64,000 nt of DNA from an uncultured Thermoleophilia bacterium (lineage in GTDB: Bacteria > Actinomycetota > Thermoleophilia > Gaiellales > Gaiellaceae), in NCBI GenBank assembly GCA_963838105.1, contig CAWIQC010000002.1, positions 60,069-124,068 of the forward strand, given 5' to 3'. The notes beneath the pieces are model-generated. The model saw nothing but the letters and a program-made list of their open reading frames with translations, was not told where the DNA came from and did no database searches. Each line of letters begins with the position of its first letter. The stretch's first letter is position 1. A program made the translations under genes and the position numbers. Of the stretch, positions 50,433-59,370 are shown one piece after another.

Positions 50433-50942
50433 ACCGCGTTCGCCGCCACCTCGACTTCGAGGATCCGGTACGGGACGTACTCGCGCACGCGCGAGCGCGC
50501 CAGGCCTGCTTGACGGGCGGCGCGTTCGAGCGCCTTGAACTCGCGCCGGCCCTCGTAGACGGTGACGATGCCGGTCTCGGGCTCGAACTCGGCCTCGACG
50601 TGGAGAGTCCTCGTCCTTGCGGGCGATCTCGCGCACCCAACCGTTTGCGTGGTGACGGACGACGAGGACGGACAGCTCGGCGACGTATCCGCCGGCCTCG
50701 GCGAACACGGACAGCTGCGATCCCGGCTCGGCGGAAACGAGCGCACGCAGACTGCCGCTCATGCGCGACCAGCCGCGCGCCCCAGGCTCGGGCACCTCCT
50801 GGCGCCAGAGCGAGAGCGACAGTCCCGGATCGGTCGCGATCTCGATCGGCGTCCCCGGCGGGATTCGTGTCGGATCGAAGAGCAGCGAGACGGTCCGCTG
50901 CTCGCCCGGGTGAACGCGGATCGGCGACTGCTTGAAGCGCAT
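50210..50942 (-). CDS. Hypothetical protein downstream of the GHKL ATPase, one frame break near 50620
   Basis: MRFKQSPIRVHPGEQRTVSLLFDPTRIPPGTPIEIATDPG... / LHVEAEFEPETGIVTVYEGRREFKALERAARQAG...YWWAAERILERR. No family recognised. Start uncertain. Confidence 0.45.
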
Positions 50943-51033
50943 CGCCGCGTCGAGCGGGAGGGCGGGCGGAGCCGTTCGCGGGCGGCTGCGGCGGAACCGA
51001 CTGCCGCTCCGGTTCCTCGACCGGGCCGCTGCG

Positions 51034-52287
51034 TCAGTCGGCGCCGCCTCGGGCGAAGCCGGCCTGTCCGGGTGCGTCGAAGGCGGCGCGCAGCGCATCG
51101 TTCAACGCGCGCAACCCAACCTCGTCGCGGGCCGTGATCTCCTTGCCGGCGCGGACGAGCCGCGCGCCCGCCCGACGCTCCTCGGCCTCGATGATCGGAC
51201 GGACGATTCGCTCGATCGCCGCGTACAGGCGTTTCACGAGCGGGTGCGCGTCGTTGAGGCCGCTCCGGTCGACGCGCACGACCACCTGCGGCCGCGGCGC
51301 GTCGAGCGCCTCGCGTTGGAGCTGCTCGATCGCCTCGCACCGGACCTCTCCGTACAGGTGCCGGGCGCCCGGGCGCGCCTCGAGGCCGGCGAGCGTCGTC
51401 TCGTGCGCGGCTCGGCCCGACAGGACGACGAGGCCGCCACGGCGCGCGGCGCGCGCGGGACTGAGCGGGATCGGCTGAGCAGCTCGACGGACGACGACAC
51501 GGGCGGTGACGCCGCGCTGGAGCTCGATCTCGTCGTCGAAGAGCACCGGCCGCTCCGGATCTGGCTCGGGCGGCGTGTAGTGGACGAGCTGGAGCGGCTC
51601 GCCGGGAAGCTCGAGCAGCAACTCGCGCCGCTCGTCCTCGAGAATCGGCCGCAGCTGCACGAGGTCGGCGACCAGCCTGCGCAGACGGGCGGTGGGCGGC
51701 AGCCGCCCGTCGGCGAGCGGCACCGTCACCCGCGTGCCCTCGTGGGCGATCCCGAGCTCGCGGCGAATCGCCCGCGTCGCGCGAGCATCGAGCACGTGCG
51801 TGTAGACGTAGGGCTCGTCGCCGTCGGCCGGCAGGAACCACGACTCGACCGCGCGGTCGCCGCGCACGCCCTGGATCCGCCCGCCGCCCTGGGCGAGCCA
51901 GACGTCGCGCAGGCCTCGCCCGAAGAGGCCGCGCTGGCCCTCCCGCTCGGGAACGACGCCGAGCGCGCCGAGGCGCTGATCGACGACCTCGGCATCGACG
52001 CCCTCGCCGTCGTCGGAGCAGACGAGCTCGTAGCGCCAGGCTCGCAGCGCCGGCAGCCGGAGGCTGCGAAGGGCGGTCTTCCACGCCTGCAGGAACTCTG
52101 GATCCGCGGGCCCGATTCGCAGCTGGATGCGGCCGCGCTCACGTCCGGCGGCGTCGATCGCCGCGTCCGCGTTCGTCACCAGCTCGGGGATGATCTGCGA
52201 GAGATCGATCCCGGCCTGCGCGAAGTTCTCGCGGAAGTAGCGCCCACGAACCCGACCGTGGCGCAGCTTCGAAGCGTCGATCGCCAC
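51034..52287 (-). CDS. GHKL-superfamily ATPase (HATPase_c_3/MORC-like ATP-binding protein)
   Basis: Intact 417 aa. N box IPELVTNADAAID, G1 DDGEGVD, G2 GLFGRGLRDV. Confidence 0.75.
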   Translation of the reverse strand: MAIDASKLRHGRVRGRYFRENFAQAGIDLSQIIPELVTNADAAIDAAGRERGRIQLRIGPADPEFLQAWKTALRSLRLPALRAWRYELVCSDDGEGVDAEVVDQRLGALGVVPEREGQRGLFGRGLRDVWLAQGGGRIQGVRGDRAVESWFLPADGDEPYVYTHVLDARATRAIRRELGIAHEGTRVTVPLADGRLPPTARLRRLVADLVQLRPILEDERRELLLELPGEPLQLVHYTPPEPDPERPVLFDDEIELQRGVTARVVVRRAAQPIPLSPARAARRGGLVVLSGRAAHETTLAGLEARPGARHLYGEVRCEAIEQLQREALDAPRPQVVVRVDRSGLNDAHPLVKRLYAAIERIVRPIIEAEERRAGARLVRAGKEITARDEVGLRALNDALRAAFDAPGQAGFARGGAD

Positions 52288-52559
52288 GGATAGAGGATAA
52301 GCCCGTCAGCCGGAATCGACTCGACGCGGCTCGTCAGTCGCCGGTCTCGCCGAGGCGCGTCGGGTCCGCAGCAAGCCCCGGTCACTACCTCACGTTCGGG
52401 ATGCGGCGCTCGACGTTCGAGCGCGGCCTGAACGAGGTCGGGGAAATCCGGGTTCCGCTTTCTTCGCTCGTCGATGATCTCGTCGAGGAAGTCCGACGGT
52501 CAGCCGCCAGCGTAACTAGCCGAGTTCGCACCTGCTGCGAGCGTACCCGCGGCCGCGTG

Positions 52560-53793
52560 TCAGTGTGTCGGTCGTGGAGTGCGCTCGGCTGGCCCGAACT
52601 CACGCTCAAATCGGTCGAGCAGGTCAAAGAGGCCGACGCACTCCCAGGCGCGGTTTCGCCGCCCCACGGCCATCTGCCGAAGGACGCCTGCGCGCTCGAG
52701 GCGGAGGACCGTCTGACGTGCACGCTCCTCGGTACCTCCGAGCAACTGCGCTGCAGTCTTCACGTTGATGATCGGTTGCGACGGCAGGAGCTGGATCAGG
52801 CGCAGCGGGCCTGAGTTGCGGCGTGGGTTCCCGGCCTGCTCGATCCAGCCGCCCTGCAGCTCGGCGACGTGACCGGCGAACGCGCGAGCACCCGTCGCGG
52901 CCCGGTGGACGGCGTCGACGAAGACCGTGTACCAGTCCTCCTCGTCACCGTTGCGCCAACTCGTCAGTCCGGCGATGTATCGGTCGGCTTCGCCGGCAAG
53001 GGCGAGGCTTACGGGCGGCAAGTATCTCGGTGCGATCCCGCGTCGGCGGAGGATGGTCAGGATCAGGGCTCTCCCGACGCGGCCGTTGCCGTCGTGGAAG
53101 GGGTGAATCGTCTCGAACTGGGCGTGGGCGATCGCCGCCTGGATCACGGCGGGGATGTCTTCGCGGTTGCAGAACGCGCACAGATCGTCGAGCAGCTCGG
53201 GAACGAGCTCGTGCGGCGGAGGGATGAACTCGGCGATGCGCGGGCTCGACGCGGCGCCGCCGATCCAGTTCTGCTCCTCGCGGAGCAGCCCGCCGAGCGT
53301 GCTCGTCGCGGGTACCGGCGAAGAGGACACGGTGGACCTCGAGCAAGTGGTCGCGCGTGAGTTCGTCCACCTCGCTCGCAAGAGCGACAGCGCGCTCGAG
53401 CGCTGCGATGTTTGCGAGTACCGCCTTGGGCAGTAAGGTCGCGTGCATCGGCCGAGAAGGCGGCCTTCGCAAGCCGGCGGTGCGAGAGCACGAGGCCCTC
53501 GATGCGCGACGAGGCGACCGACTCGGCGCGGAGGAGCTGGCGGGCGAGCGCCTCGAGGTTGACCAGCGCGGGCGGGTCTTCGTTCAGGTCGCGGCACGCC
53601 TTCTCGGCATTCGCGGCGGCAGCCGCGACGTGTGAGCTGAGCAGGAAGTCATCATCGGCGATCTCTTCCGGCACGTAGGCGCGATAGGTGAAGCCCCGCC
53701 TCGCACTGCGGCCCCCAAGGGCTCCGGGCGCGCGTCCCAATTGCGCTCGACCAGACGGCCTCGATGTGACTGTTCCCTAAGTTTGGTTGCCAT
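52560..53793 (-). CDS. Fic-family protein (AMPylase-type), several frame breaks
   Basis: HPFHDGNGRVGRAL core motif. N-terminal ESVASSRIEGL. C-terminal winged-helix-like LLGGTEERARQTVLRLERAGVL. Confidence 0.8.
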
Positions 53794-53853
53794 CGCTCAT
53801 ATCCAAACTTAGCAGATTAAGTTTGGAGAGGCGAATCGCGGCCCAACTTTGGG
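53778..53853. promoter_or_regulatory. Cluster of 9-mer repeats CCAAACTTA/TAAGTTTGG at the Fic gene start (candidate operator)
   Basis: taagtttgg 53778..53786, ccaaactta 53803..53811, taagtttgg 53818..53826, related cccaactttggg 53842..53853. AT-rich island. Confidence 0.45.
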
Positions 53854-53897
53854 CTCTGCCGCTCGCTACCCAATGTTAGTGACACAACTTTGCGCAA

Positions 53898-54490
53898 CTA
53901 GCCGACCCAGCGGGCCCCGCTTGACCGCTCCCACGGAGCTCTGTGCTCGATGGACGACGACTCGAAAGCTTTGTTGCGGAGAGAGGAGCCGCTGATCGCG
54001 CCTCTGAGCTCGTGCGCGTTCACCCGCGTGTAGCGCTGCGTCGAGTCGAGGTGCTTGTGGCCGAGGAGCTCCTGGATCTGGCGCAGGTTCACTCCGCACG
54101 AAGGAGCTCCGAGGCGAAGACGTGCCGGAGCGTGTGCGGGGTGACACGCGTGCGCTCGTTCACGCCGGCGGCGTCGACGTAATGGCGGAAGACCTGCCCG
54201 AGCTGGCTGTAGTGGAGCCGGTTCCCCTGGACGCCGACGAAGACCGCCTGCTCGGTCAGCGGCACGCGCGTGGCGTAGTACCCGGCGAAGAGCGGCACGA
54301 GCGCCGAGTAAATCGGAATGGTCCGCTGCCGCCCTCCCTTCGCCTTGCGGGCGCGCAGCAGCCGCCGGGAGAGGTCGACGTCGTCCCAGTCGAGCCCGAG
54401 CAGCTCGCTCCGCCGAAGCCCGGCATAGGCCATGAGCGCGAGCAGCAGGCGGTCGCGCTCCGCCTTACCCGGGAAGTGCCGCTCCCAGAC
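53898..54490 (-). pseudogene. 5'-truncated tyrosine recombinase remnant
   Basis: Only the catalytic half is present: LMAYAGLRRSELLGLDWDDV, HTLRHVFASELL, LLGHKHLDSTQRYTRV. One frame break. The N-terminal core-binding domain is absent. Confidence 0.7.
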
Positions 54491-54493
54491 ATC

Positions 54494-55201
54494 TCAGCGC
54501 CCGGCTGGGGGAGCAAGCACTCGAGCTCGCGCATCAGTGACCTCGGTGTCGTGAAGGTGACCCACCTGCGTGCCTTCCTCGCAAGCCGGCATCCGACTTT
54601 CCTTCCAGTCGATTGGTGTCCTGTCGGGGTCGAGGAGCGTCCGGTAGGCGCGGCGGTGGTAGAGGAGCGGCGTCCCGGCGCGGGAGGCGCGTACCGCCCG
54701 AACGCGGCCGAAGAGGACGGAGTGGTCGGCGACTTGTACGGCCTCCGCGAGCTCGCAATCGAGGTGGGCGAGCGCTCCCGCAACGACCGGGCTCGCACTC
54801 TCCCCGGCGCCGGATTCGGTGAACGGCTCGAGGAACTTCATCGTCCCCGGCGCCGAGCCGTAGCGGGCCACGGCGAGCTGGTCGGCCGCCAGGATGCTGA
54901 CCCCGAAGCTTCGCGTGTCCGAGATCGCGCGGGCGCTCGTCGCTTCTGATCGGAGCGAGGCGAGGACCGTGGGCGGATCGATCGAGACGGAAGCGAAAGC
55001 CGTGACGGTCATCCCCCACGGCCTGTCGCCGACCCAGCAGGTGACGAGCACGACGCTGCTCGCAAGTGCGCTCATCGCGGCGGCGAATTCCGTGATCGGC
55101 GCGGGCAGAGGCGTCGGGTCGGCGACGAGATGTAGGTCGAGCGTGCCGAACAGCTGCTCGGTGTCGACGCCGTTGCGGATCGTCTCGGCGGTTGTACTCA
55201 T
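54494..55201 (-). CDS. Flavin reductase-like (FMN-binding split-barrel) protein; C-terminal tail probably read-through
   Basis: RBS GGAGGG plus ATG 55201. FAAAMSALASSVVLVT...GMTVTAFASVSIDPP.VL.SL...LDCEL...GDHSVLFGRV...PLLYHRRAY. Confidence 0.7.
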   Translation of the reverse strand: MSTTAETIRNGVDTEQLFGTLDLHLVADPTPLPAPITEFAAAMSALASSVVLVTCWVGDRPWGMTVTAFASVSIDPPTVLASLRSEATSARAISDTRSFGVSILAADQLAVARYGSAPGTMKFLEPFTESGAGESASPVVAGALAHLDCELAEAVQVADHSVLFGRVRAVRASRAGTPLLYHRRAYRTLLDPDRTPIDWKESRMPACEEGTQVGHLHDTEVTDARARVLAPPAGR

Positions 55202-55252
55202 TCGATCCCTCCTTGCTGATAGTCCGGCCCCTGCCGGAGCGGTCGTAGCCCT

Positions 55253-55284
55253 AGAAAACACGAGCGCGGTTGACGCCCGGTTGA
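55253..55284 (-). promoter_or_regulatory. Candidate SARP-type operator plus -10: two TCAACCG repeats 11 bp apart, 8 bp upstream of TTTTCT (minus strand)
   Basis: Plus-strand cggttga at 55267..55273 and 55278..55284, agaaaa at 55253..55258. Same layout in the paralogous region at 59339..59370. Confidence 0.35.
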
Positions 55285-55560
55285 GACGCCGGTAAAGCCG
55301 CAGTAGCAGCAGGAGCGCGAGTCGATGCCTCCGGGCCGAGCGGCCCTCCGTCCTCGCGGACGAGGCTCCGCGGTGACGGGCCGCCTATCGCTGAACATGG
55401 CGACGGTGGCAGCAGCGGGCGGCACCGGACGGCGTCCTGGCGGAGCGCCGGTCTACCGACGTCTCGGTCGGCCTTACAGGGACGCGTACGCATTGGCGAG
55501 GTTGGCCGCTCCGTCGCCCTGCCGGACGGTGTGACGGTGGTAGCGTCAAGCGCGTCTCGT

Positions 55561-57678
55561 ATGGATTTTCGGCTCCTCGGCCCGCTGGAGGTGCGCAGTG
55601 GTCATGCGCGGTTGCAGATGGCTGCAGGCAAGCAGCGGGCGCTCCTCGCGATTCTGCTCCTGAACGCGAACCGCACCGTCGCCCGCGAGCAGATCATCGA
55701 CGCTCTCTGGGCCGAGGACGTTCCGGACTCGGCTCAGAAGATGGTGCAGATCCACGTCTCGCAGCTGCGGAAGGCGCTTCCCGAACCGCGGCTGCACACG
55801 CGCGCTCCTGGTTACCTGCTCCAGGTAGGGAAGGACGAGCTCGACCTGACCCGGTTCGAGCGTGCAGTCGCCGACGCTCGCCAGGCGCTCGCGGAAGGCG
55901 ATGCCCCGAAGGCGAGAGAGTTGCTGGGTGACGCGCTTGCGCTCTGGCGCGGGCCCGCGCTGGCCGAGATCTCGGAGCCGTTCGCCAGGCACGAGGGCGC
56001 GCGTCTCGAGGAGCTCCGCATTGCAGCGCTCGAGCAGCGGATCGAGGCCGACCTCGCGCTCGGCCATCACCGCGACGTGGTCGGTGAGCTCGAAGCGCTG
56101 ATCGCCGAGCACCCGCTTCGCGAGCGCCTCCGCTTGCAGCACATGCTCGCGCTCTACCGGTCCGGCCGGCATGCGGAGGCGCTCGCCAGCTACCAGGCGT
56201 TTCGGCGGACGCTTGCCGACGAGATGGGGATCCAGCCTTCCATTTCGCTTCGCGAGCTCGAGCGGCAGATGCTGCAGCAGGACCCTTCCCTCGAGCCGCC
56301 GACGCACGCGGAGGGGCGCGCGCGCCGACCGGCAGAGCCGCGAGCGGGGCTCCCGCCGGCGATGTCGCCTATGCGCGAAGCGGCGATATCAGGATCGCAT
56401 ACCAGGTCGTCGGCGACGGGCCGGTCGACCTCGTCCTCGTCCACGGCTTGGTCTGCACCTTTCAGCCCGGCTGGGAGATACCCGAAGCTGGCGGCCTTTT
56501 ACCGGCGGCTCGCGTCGATGGGGCGGCTCATCCTCTTCGACAAGCGCGGCACCGGCCTCTCCGATCGTGTTTCCACCGAGCGACTGCCCGATCTCGAGAC
56601 GCGTATGGACGACGTTCGGGCAGTGCTGGACTCGGCCGGCACGGAGCGGGCGGCACTGCTGGGCATCTCCGAAGGAGGAGCGATGTCGGCGCTCTTCGCC
56701 GCGACGCACCCGCAGCGGACGTCGGGGCTCATCCTCATGGGCACGTTTCCCCGTGAGATGCGGGCGGCCGACTACCCGTCAGGAACCAGCGAAGAGGGTC
56801 TCGGGCGCCGCTTGGCCCTGCTCGACGAAGACGACTGGGCGGCCGCGACCACGACGGCCTGGCTCGGAAACGTCGCCCCCGATGTGCTGCGCGATCCGGC
56901 GTCGCTTCAGTGGTACACGTCGTACGTCCGACGCGGAGCGAGCCCCGGCGCGAACAAGGCGATCCGACTCATGAACGCCGAGATCGACATCCGCGACCTG
57001 CTGCCGACGATCAACGTCCCCACGCTCGTGCTCCACCGCGCACACGAAAGCCTGCGCGATGGGTCTCGATTCATGGGCGAGCACATCCCGGGCGCGCGCA
57101 TGGTCGAGCTGCCGGGCAACGACCACCTGCCATGGGAAGGCGACCCTGAACCGTTGCTCGACGAAATCGAACGATTCCTCTCCGGACTCCGCAACGACCG
57201 CGAGCCTGACCGGGTCCTCGCCACCCTGCTCTTCACTGACATCGTCACGGGGGCCAACGCGGGCGACGACGCCTCGAGCGAGCTGCTCGCGCGGTACGAC
57301 CGGGTCGTGCGCGCCCAGGTCGAGCGCTTTCGCGGCCGTGAGGTCGGCACCGGCGGTGAGGGACTGGTCGCGATCTTCGATGGCCCCGCCCGCGCCGTTC
57401 GCTGCGCTTCGGCGATCGTCGCTTCCGCTCGCGACCTCGGCCTCGAGCTGCGAGCCGGCATCCACACCGGCGAGGTCGAGCAGACCAACACGGGCATCCG
57501 CGGAATTGCGGTCGACATTGGCGCGCGAATCGCTGCGGCCGCCCTTCCCGGCGAGGTGCTCGTCTCGAGCACAGTCAAGGACATCGTCGCCGGCTCGCGC
57601 ATCGTCTTCGAGGAGCGCGGCGAGCACGAGCTGGCACGAGTACCCGGCACATGGCGCCTGTTCGCCGCTTCCGCCTGA
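55561..57678 (+). CDS. SARP/BTAD DNA-binding domain fused to alpha/beta-hydrolase and a class III cyclase-homology domain; compensating frame breaks near 56330-56480
   Basis: MDFRLLGPLEV...KQRALLAILLL...LWRGPALAE...MLALYRSGRHAEALASY; LILFDKRGTGLSD...GISEGGAMSA; LLFTDIV...GEGLVAIF...RAGIHTGEVE...GIAVDIGARI. Confidence 0.8.
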   Translation: MDFRLLGPLEVRSGHARLQMAAGKQRALLAILLLNANRTVAREQIIDALWAEDVPDSAQKMVQIHVSQLRKALPEPRLHTRAPGYLLQVGKDELDLTRFERAVADARQALAEGDAPKARELLGDALALWRGPALAEISEPFARHEGARLEELRIAALEQRIEADLALGHHRDVVGELEALIAEHPLRERLRLQHMLALYRSGRHAEALASYQAFRRTLADEMGIQPSISLRELERQMLQQDPSLEPPTHAEGRARRPAEPRAGLPPAMSPMREAAISGSHTRSSATGRSTSSSSTAWSAPFSPAGRYPKLAAFYRRLASMGRLILFDKRGTGLSDRVSTERLPDLETRMDDVRAVLDSAGTERAALLGISEGGAMSALFAATHPQRTSGLILMGTFPREMRAADYPSGTSEEGLGRRLALLDEDDWAAATTTAWLGNVAPDVLRDPASLQWYTSYVRRGASPGANKAIRLMNAEIDIRDLLPTINVPTLVLHRAHESLRDGSRFMGEHIPGARMVELPGNDHLPWEGDPEPLLDEIERFLSGLRNDREPDRVLATLLFTDIVTGANAGDDASSELLARYDRVVRAQVERFRGREVGTGGEGLVAIFDGPARAVRCASAIVASARDLGLELRAGIHTGEVEQTNTGIRGIAVDIGARIAAAALPGEVLVSSTVKDIVAGSRIVFEERGEHELARVPGTWRLFAASA

Positions 57679-57706
57679 TCCGCGAACTCTGCGGGCGTCG
57701 AACGGC

Positions 57707-58354
57707 TCACGCCGCTCGAGCGTCCAGCCGCTTCCGGAAGTAGTCGCGCCACGCATTCGGAAGCACGTCGAGGTCAGCCGCGCGTCGCATGCCCTCGACG
57801 TCGTCGCGGTCGCTGGCGAAGAGCCGCGCGACCTCCGTCACCCCGAAACCGCGCGGGTCGCGCTGCAACTCGACGATCGGCTCGCCCGCCGCGACCTCAC
57901 CCTCGCGGACTACCGCCAGGTAGAAACCGAGCAGTCCGCGCTCGAGGAACTCGGTCACGAACTCGTCGCGGCCCATCCTGATCCCGAGCTTGAAACACGG
58001 AATCCGCGGCTGGGTCACGACGAGTTCGGCCGTCCCGAACCGGAAGCGGTCGCCGATGCTCACGTCGCCGTCACGGAGGCCTTCGGTGGTCAGGTTCTCG
58101 CCGAACCTGCCCGGGCCGAAGTCGAGCTCCGGCCGCTCGCGCGACCAGAGCTCATAGAACTCCGACGGGTAGGCGTAGACGGCCTTCTCCGGGCCGCCGT
58201 GAACGCGCAGATCGGCCTGACGGTCGCCCTCGAGGTTGAGTCTGCGAAGCAGCACGCGACCGGCGATCGGCTCCTTGTAGATCCCCGTTGTGACCGGCTT
58301 TCCCCTCCAGACCACCTCGCGCGGCAGGCCGACGTTGACCGAGAGCACTCTCAC
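57707..58354 (-). CDS. MOSC-domain protein (YiiM-like)
   Basis: VLSVNVGLPREV...TGIYKEP...GDRQADLRVHGG..KAVYAY...GENLTTEGL...IGDRFRFG.AELVVTQPRIPC.KL. GTGA overlap with the upstream hydrolase gene. Confidence 0.85.
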   Translation of the reverse strand: MRVLSVNVGLPREVVWRGKPVTTGIYKEPIAGRVLLRRLNLEGDRQADLRVHGGPEKAVYAYPSEFYELWSRERPELDFGPGRFGENLTTEGLRDGDVSIGDRFRFGTAELVVTQPRIPCFKLGIRMGRDEFVTEFLERGLLGFYLAVVREGEVAAGEPIVELQRDPRGFGVTEVARLFASDRDDVEGMRRAADLDVLPNAWRDYFRKRLDARAA

Positions 58355-59289
58355 CTCGCGCTCCCCGCCGGCTCGACCGCCTTCGCGCCGGCGCGGCCGA
58401 CGATCTGCTCGGCGTGGAACCGCTTGATGTGCGCGGCGATCGCCTCGAGCGAGTCCTCGACGGCGAAGTGCCCGCTGTCCAACATGTGCAGCTCGGCCTC
58501 CGGGAGGTCGCGCAGGTACGCCCGACCGCCCTCGGGCCCGAAGATGATGTCGTTCTCCCCCCACAGGATCAGCGTCTTCGGCGTGTGCTCGCGGAGGAAG
58601 GCCTGCCACTCCGGATACAGCTCGACATTGGTGCGGTAGTCGTACAGGAGGTCGAGCTGGACCTTGCGCGCACCGGGACGCTCGAGAAAGTGGAGGTCCA
58701 TGTTCCAGTTGTCGGGGCTGATCCGTTCCGGGTCGCTGTGCCCGTGCAGGTAGAGGAGCTTCACCCCTTCGGGCTCGAGGAATGAACTGAGCGGCGCCTC
58801 GGTCTCGGGGCTTCGGTCGAGCCAAAGCGCGCGGATGCCGTCCCATATGGCAGTGAAGCCCTCCTCGTAGGCGTTGGAGTTCTGGATCACTTGCCACTCG
58901 AGCCAGTTCGGATGACGACCGACGATGCGATTGCCGATCGGCCCGCCGTAGTCCTGCATGTAGAGCCCGAAGGGGCGGAAGTCCGTCTGCTCGAGCACGC
59001 CCTCGACGATCTCCGAGAGCCGGTCGAAGGTGTACTCGTAGTCGTCGGGCATGTCGGTGTTGCCGAAGCCCGGATAGTCGGGCGAGAGGACGTGGAAGCG
59101 GTCGGCGAGAACCGGGATCAGGTTGCGGAACTGATGTGACGAGGCGGGGAAGCCGCCGAGCAGCAGGAGCTTGGGATTGGCCGGGTCCCCGGCCTCGCGG
59201 TAGAAGACGGAGAGTCCGTCCACCTGGGCTGTCCGGTGAGCGACCACTGTGGCTCCCTCCTGTCGTCGTTGCGTGACAACCGGTCTCAT
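58351..59289 (-). CDS. alpha/beta-hydrolase (epoxide hydrolase/haloalkane dehalogenase-like)
   Basis: Intact 312 aa. LLLLGGFPASSHQFRNLIP, PDYPGFG, GLYMQDYGGPIG (nucleophile elbow with Asp), GHFAVED. Confidence 0.85.
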   Translation of the reverse strand: MRPVVTQRRQEGATVVAHRTAQVDGLSVFYREAGDPANPKLLLLGGFPASSHQFRNLIPVLADRFHVLSPDYPGFGNTDMPDDYEYTFDRLSEIVEGVLEQTDFRPFGLYMQDYGGPIGNRIVGRHPNWLEWQVIQNSNAYEEGFTAIWDGIRALWLDRSPETEAPLSSFLEPEGVKLLYLHGHSDPERISPDNWNMDLHFLERPGARKVQLDLLYDYRTNVELYPEWQAFLREHTPKTLILWGENDIIFGPEGGRAYLRDLPEAELHMLDSGHFAVEDSLEAIAAHIKRFHAEQIVGRAGAKAVEPAGSAR

Positions 59290-59338
59290 TCGATCCTCCT
59301 TCTCGGAAGTCCGGCCGTCTGCCGGATCGGATGTCGCG

Positions 59339-59370
59339 AGTAAACACGGGCGCGGTTGGGGCTCGGTTAA
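59339..59370 (-). promoter_or_regulatory. Paralogous candidate SARP-type operator plus -10 upstream of the hydrolase-MOSC operon
   Basis: Plus-strand cggttgg 59353..59359 and cggttaa 59364..59370 (11-bp spacing), agtaaa 59339..59344 (TTTACT on minus strand) 8 bp away. Confidence 0.35.

Noticed and set aside
52385-52560. Possible small antitoxin/RHH-like gene between Fic and the GHKL ATPase (fragment PSDFLDEIIDERRKRNPDFPDLVQAALERR)
   Set aside because: A stop codon immediately precedes the fragment in its frame, and no start codon is available without invoking another frameshift. The evidence is too thin to call.
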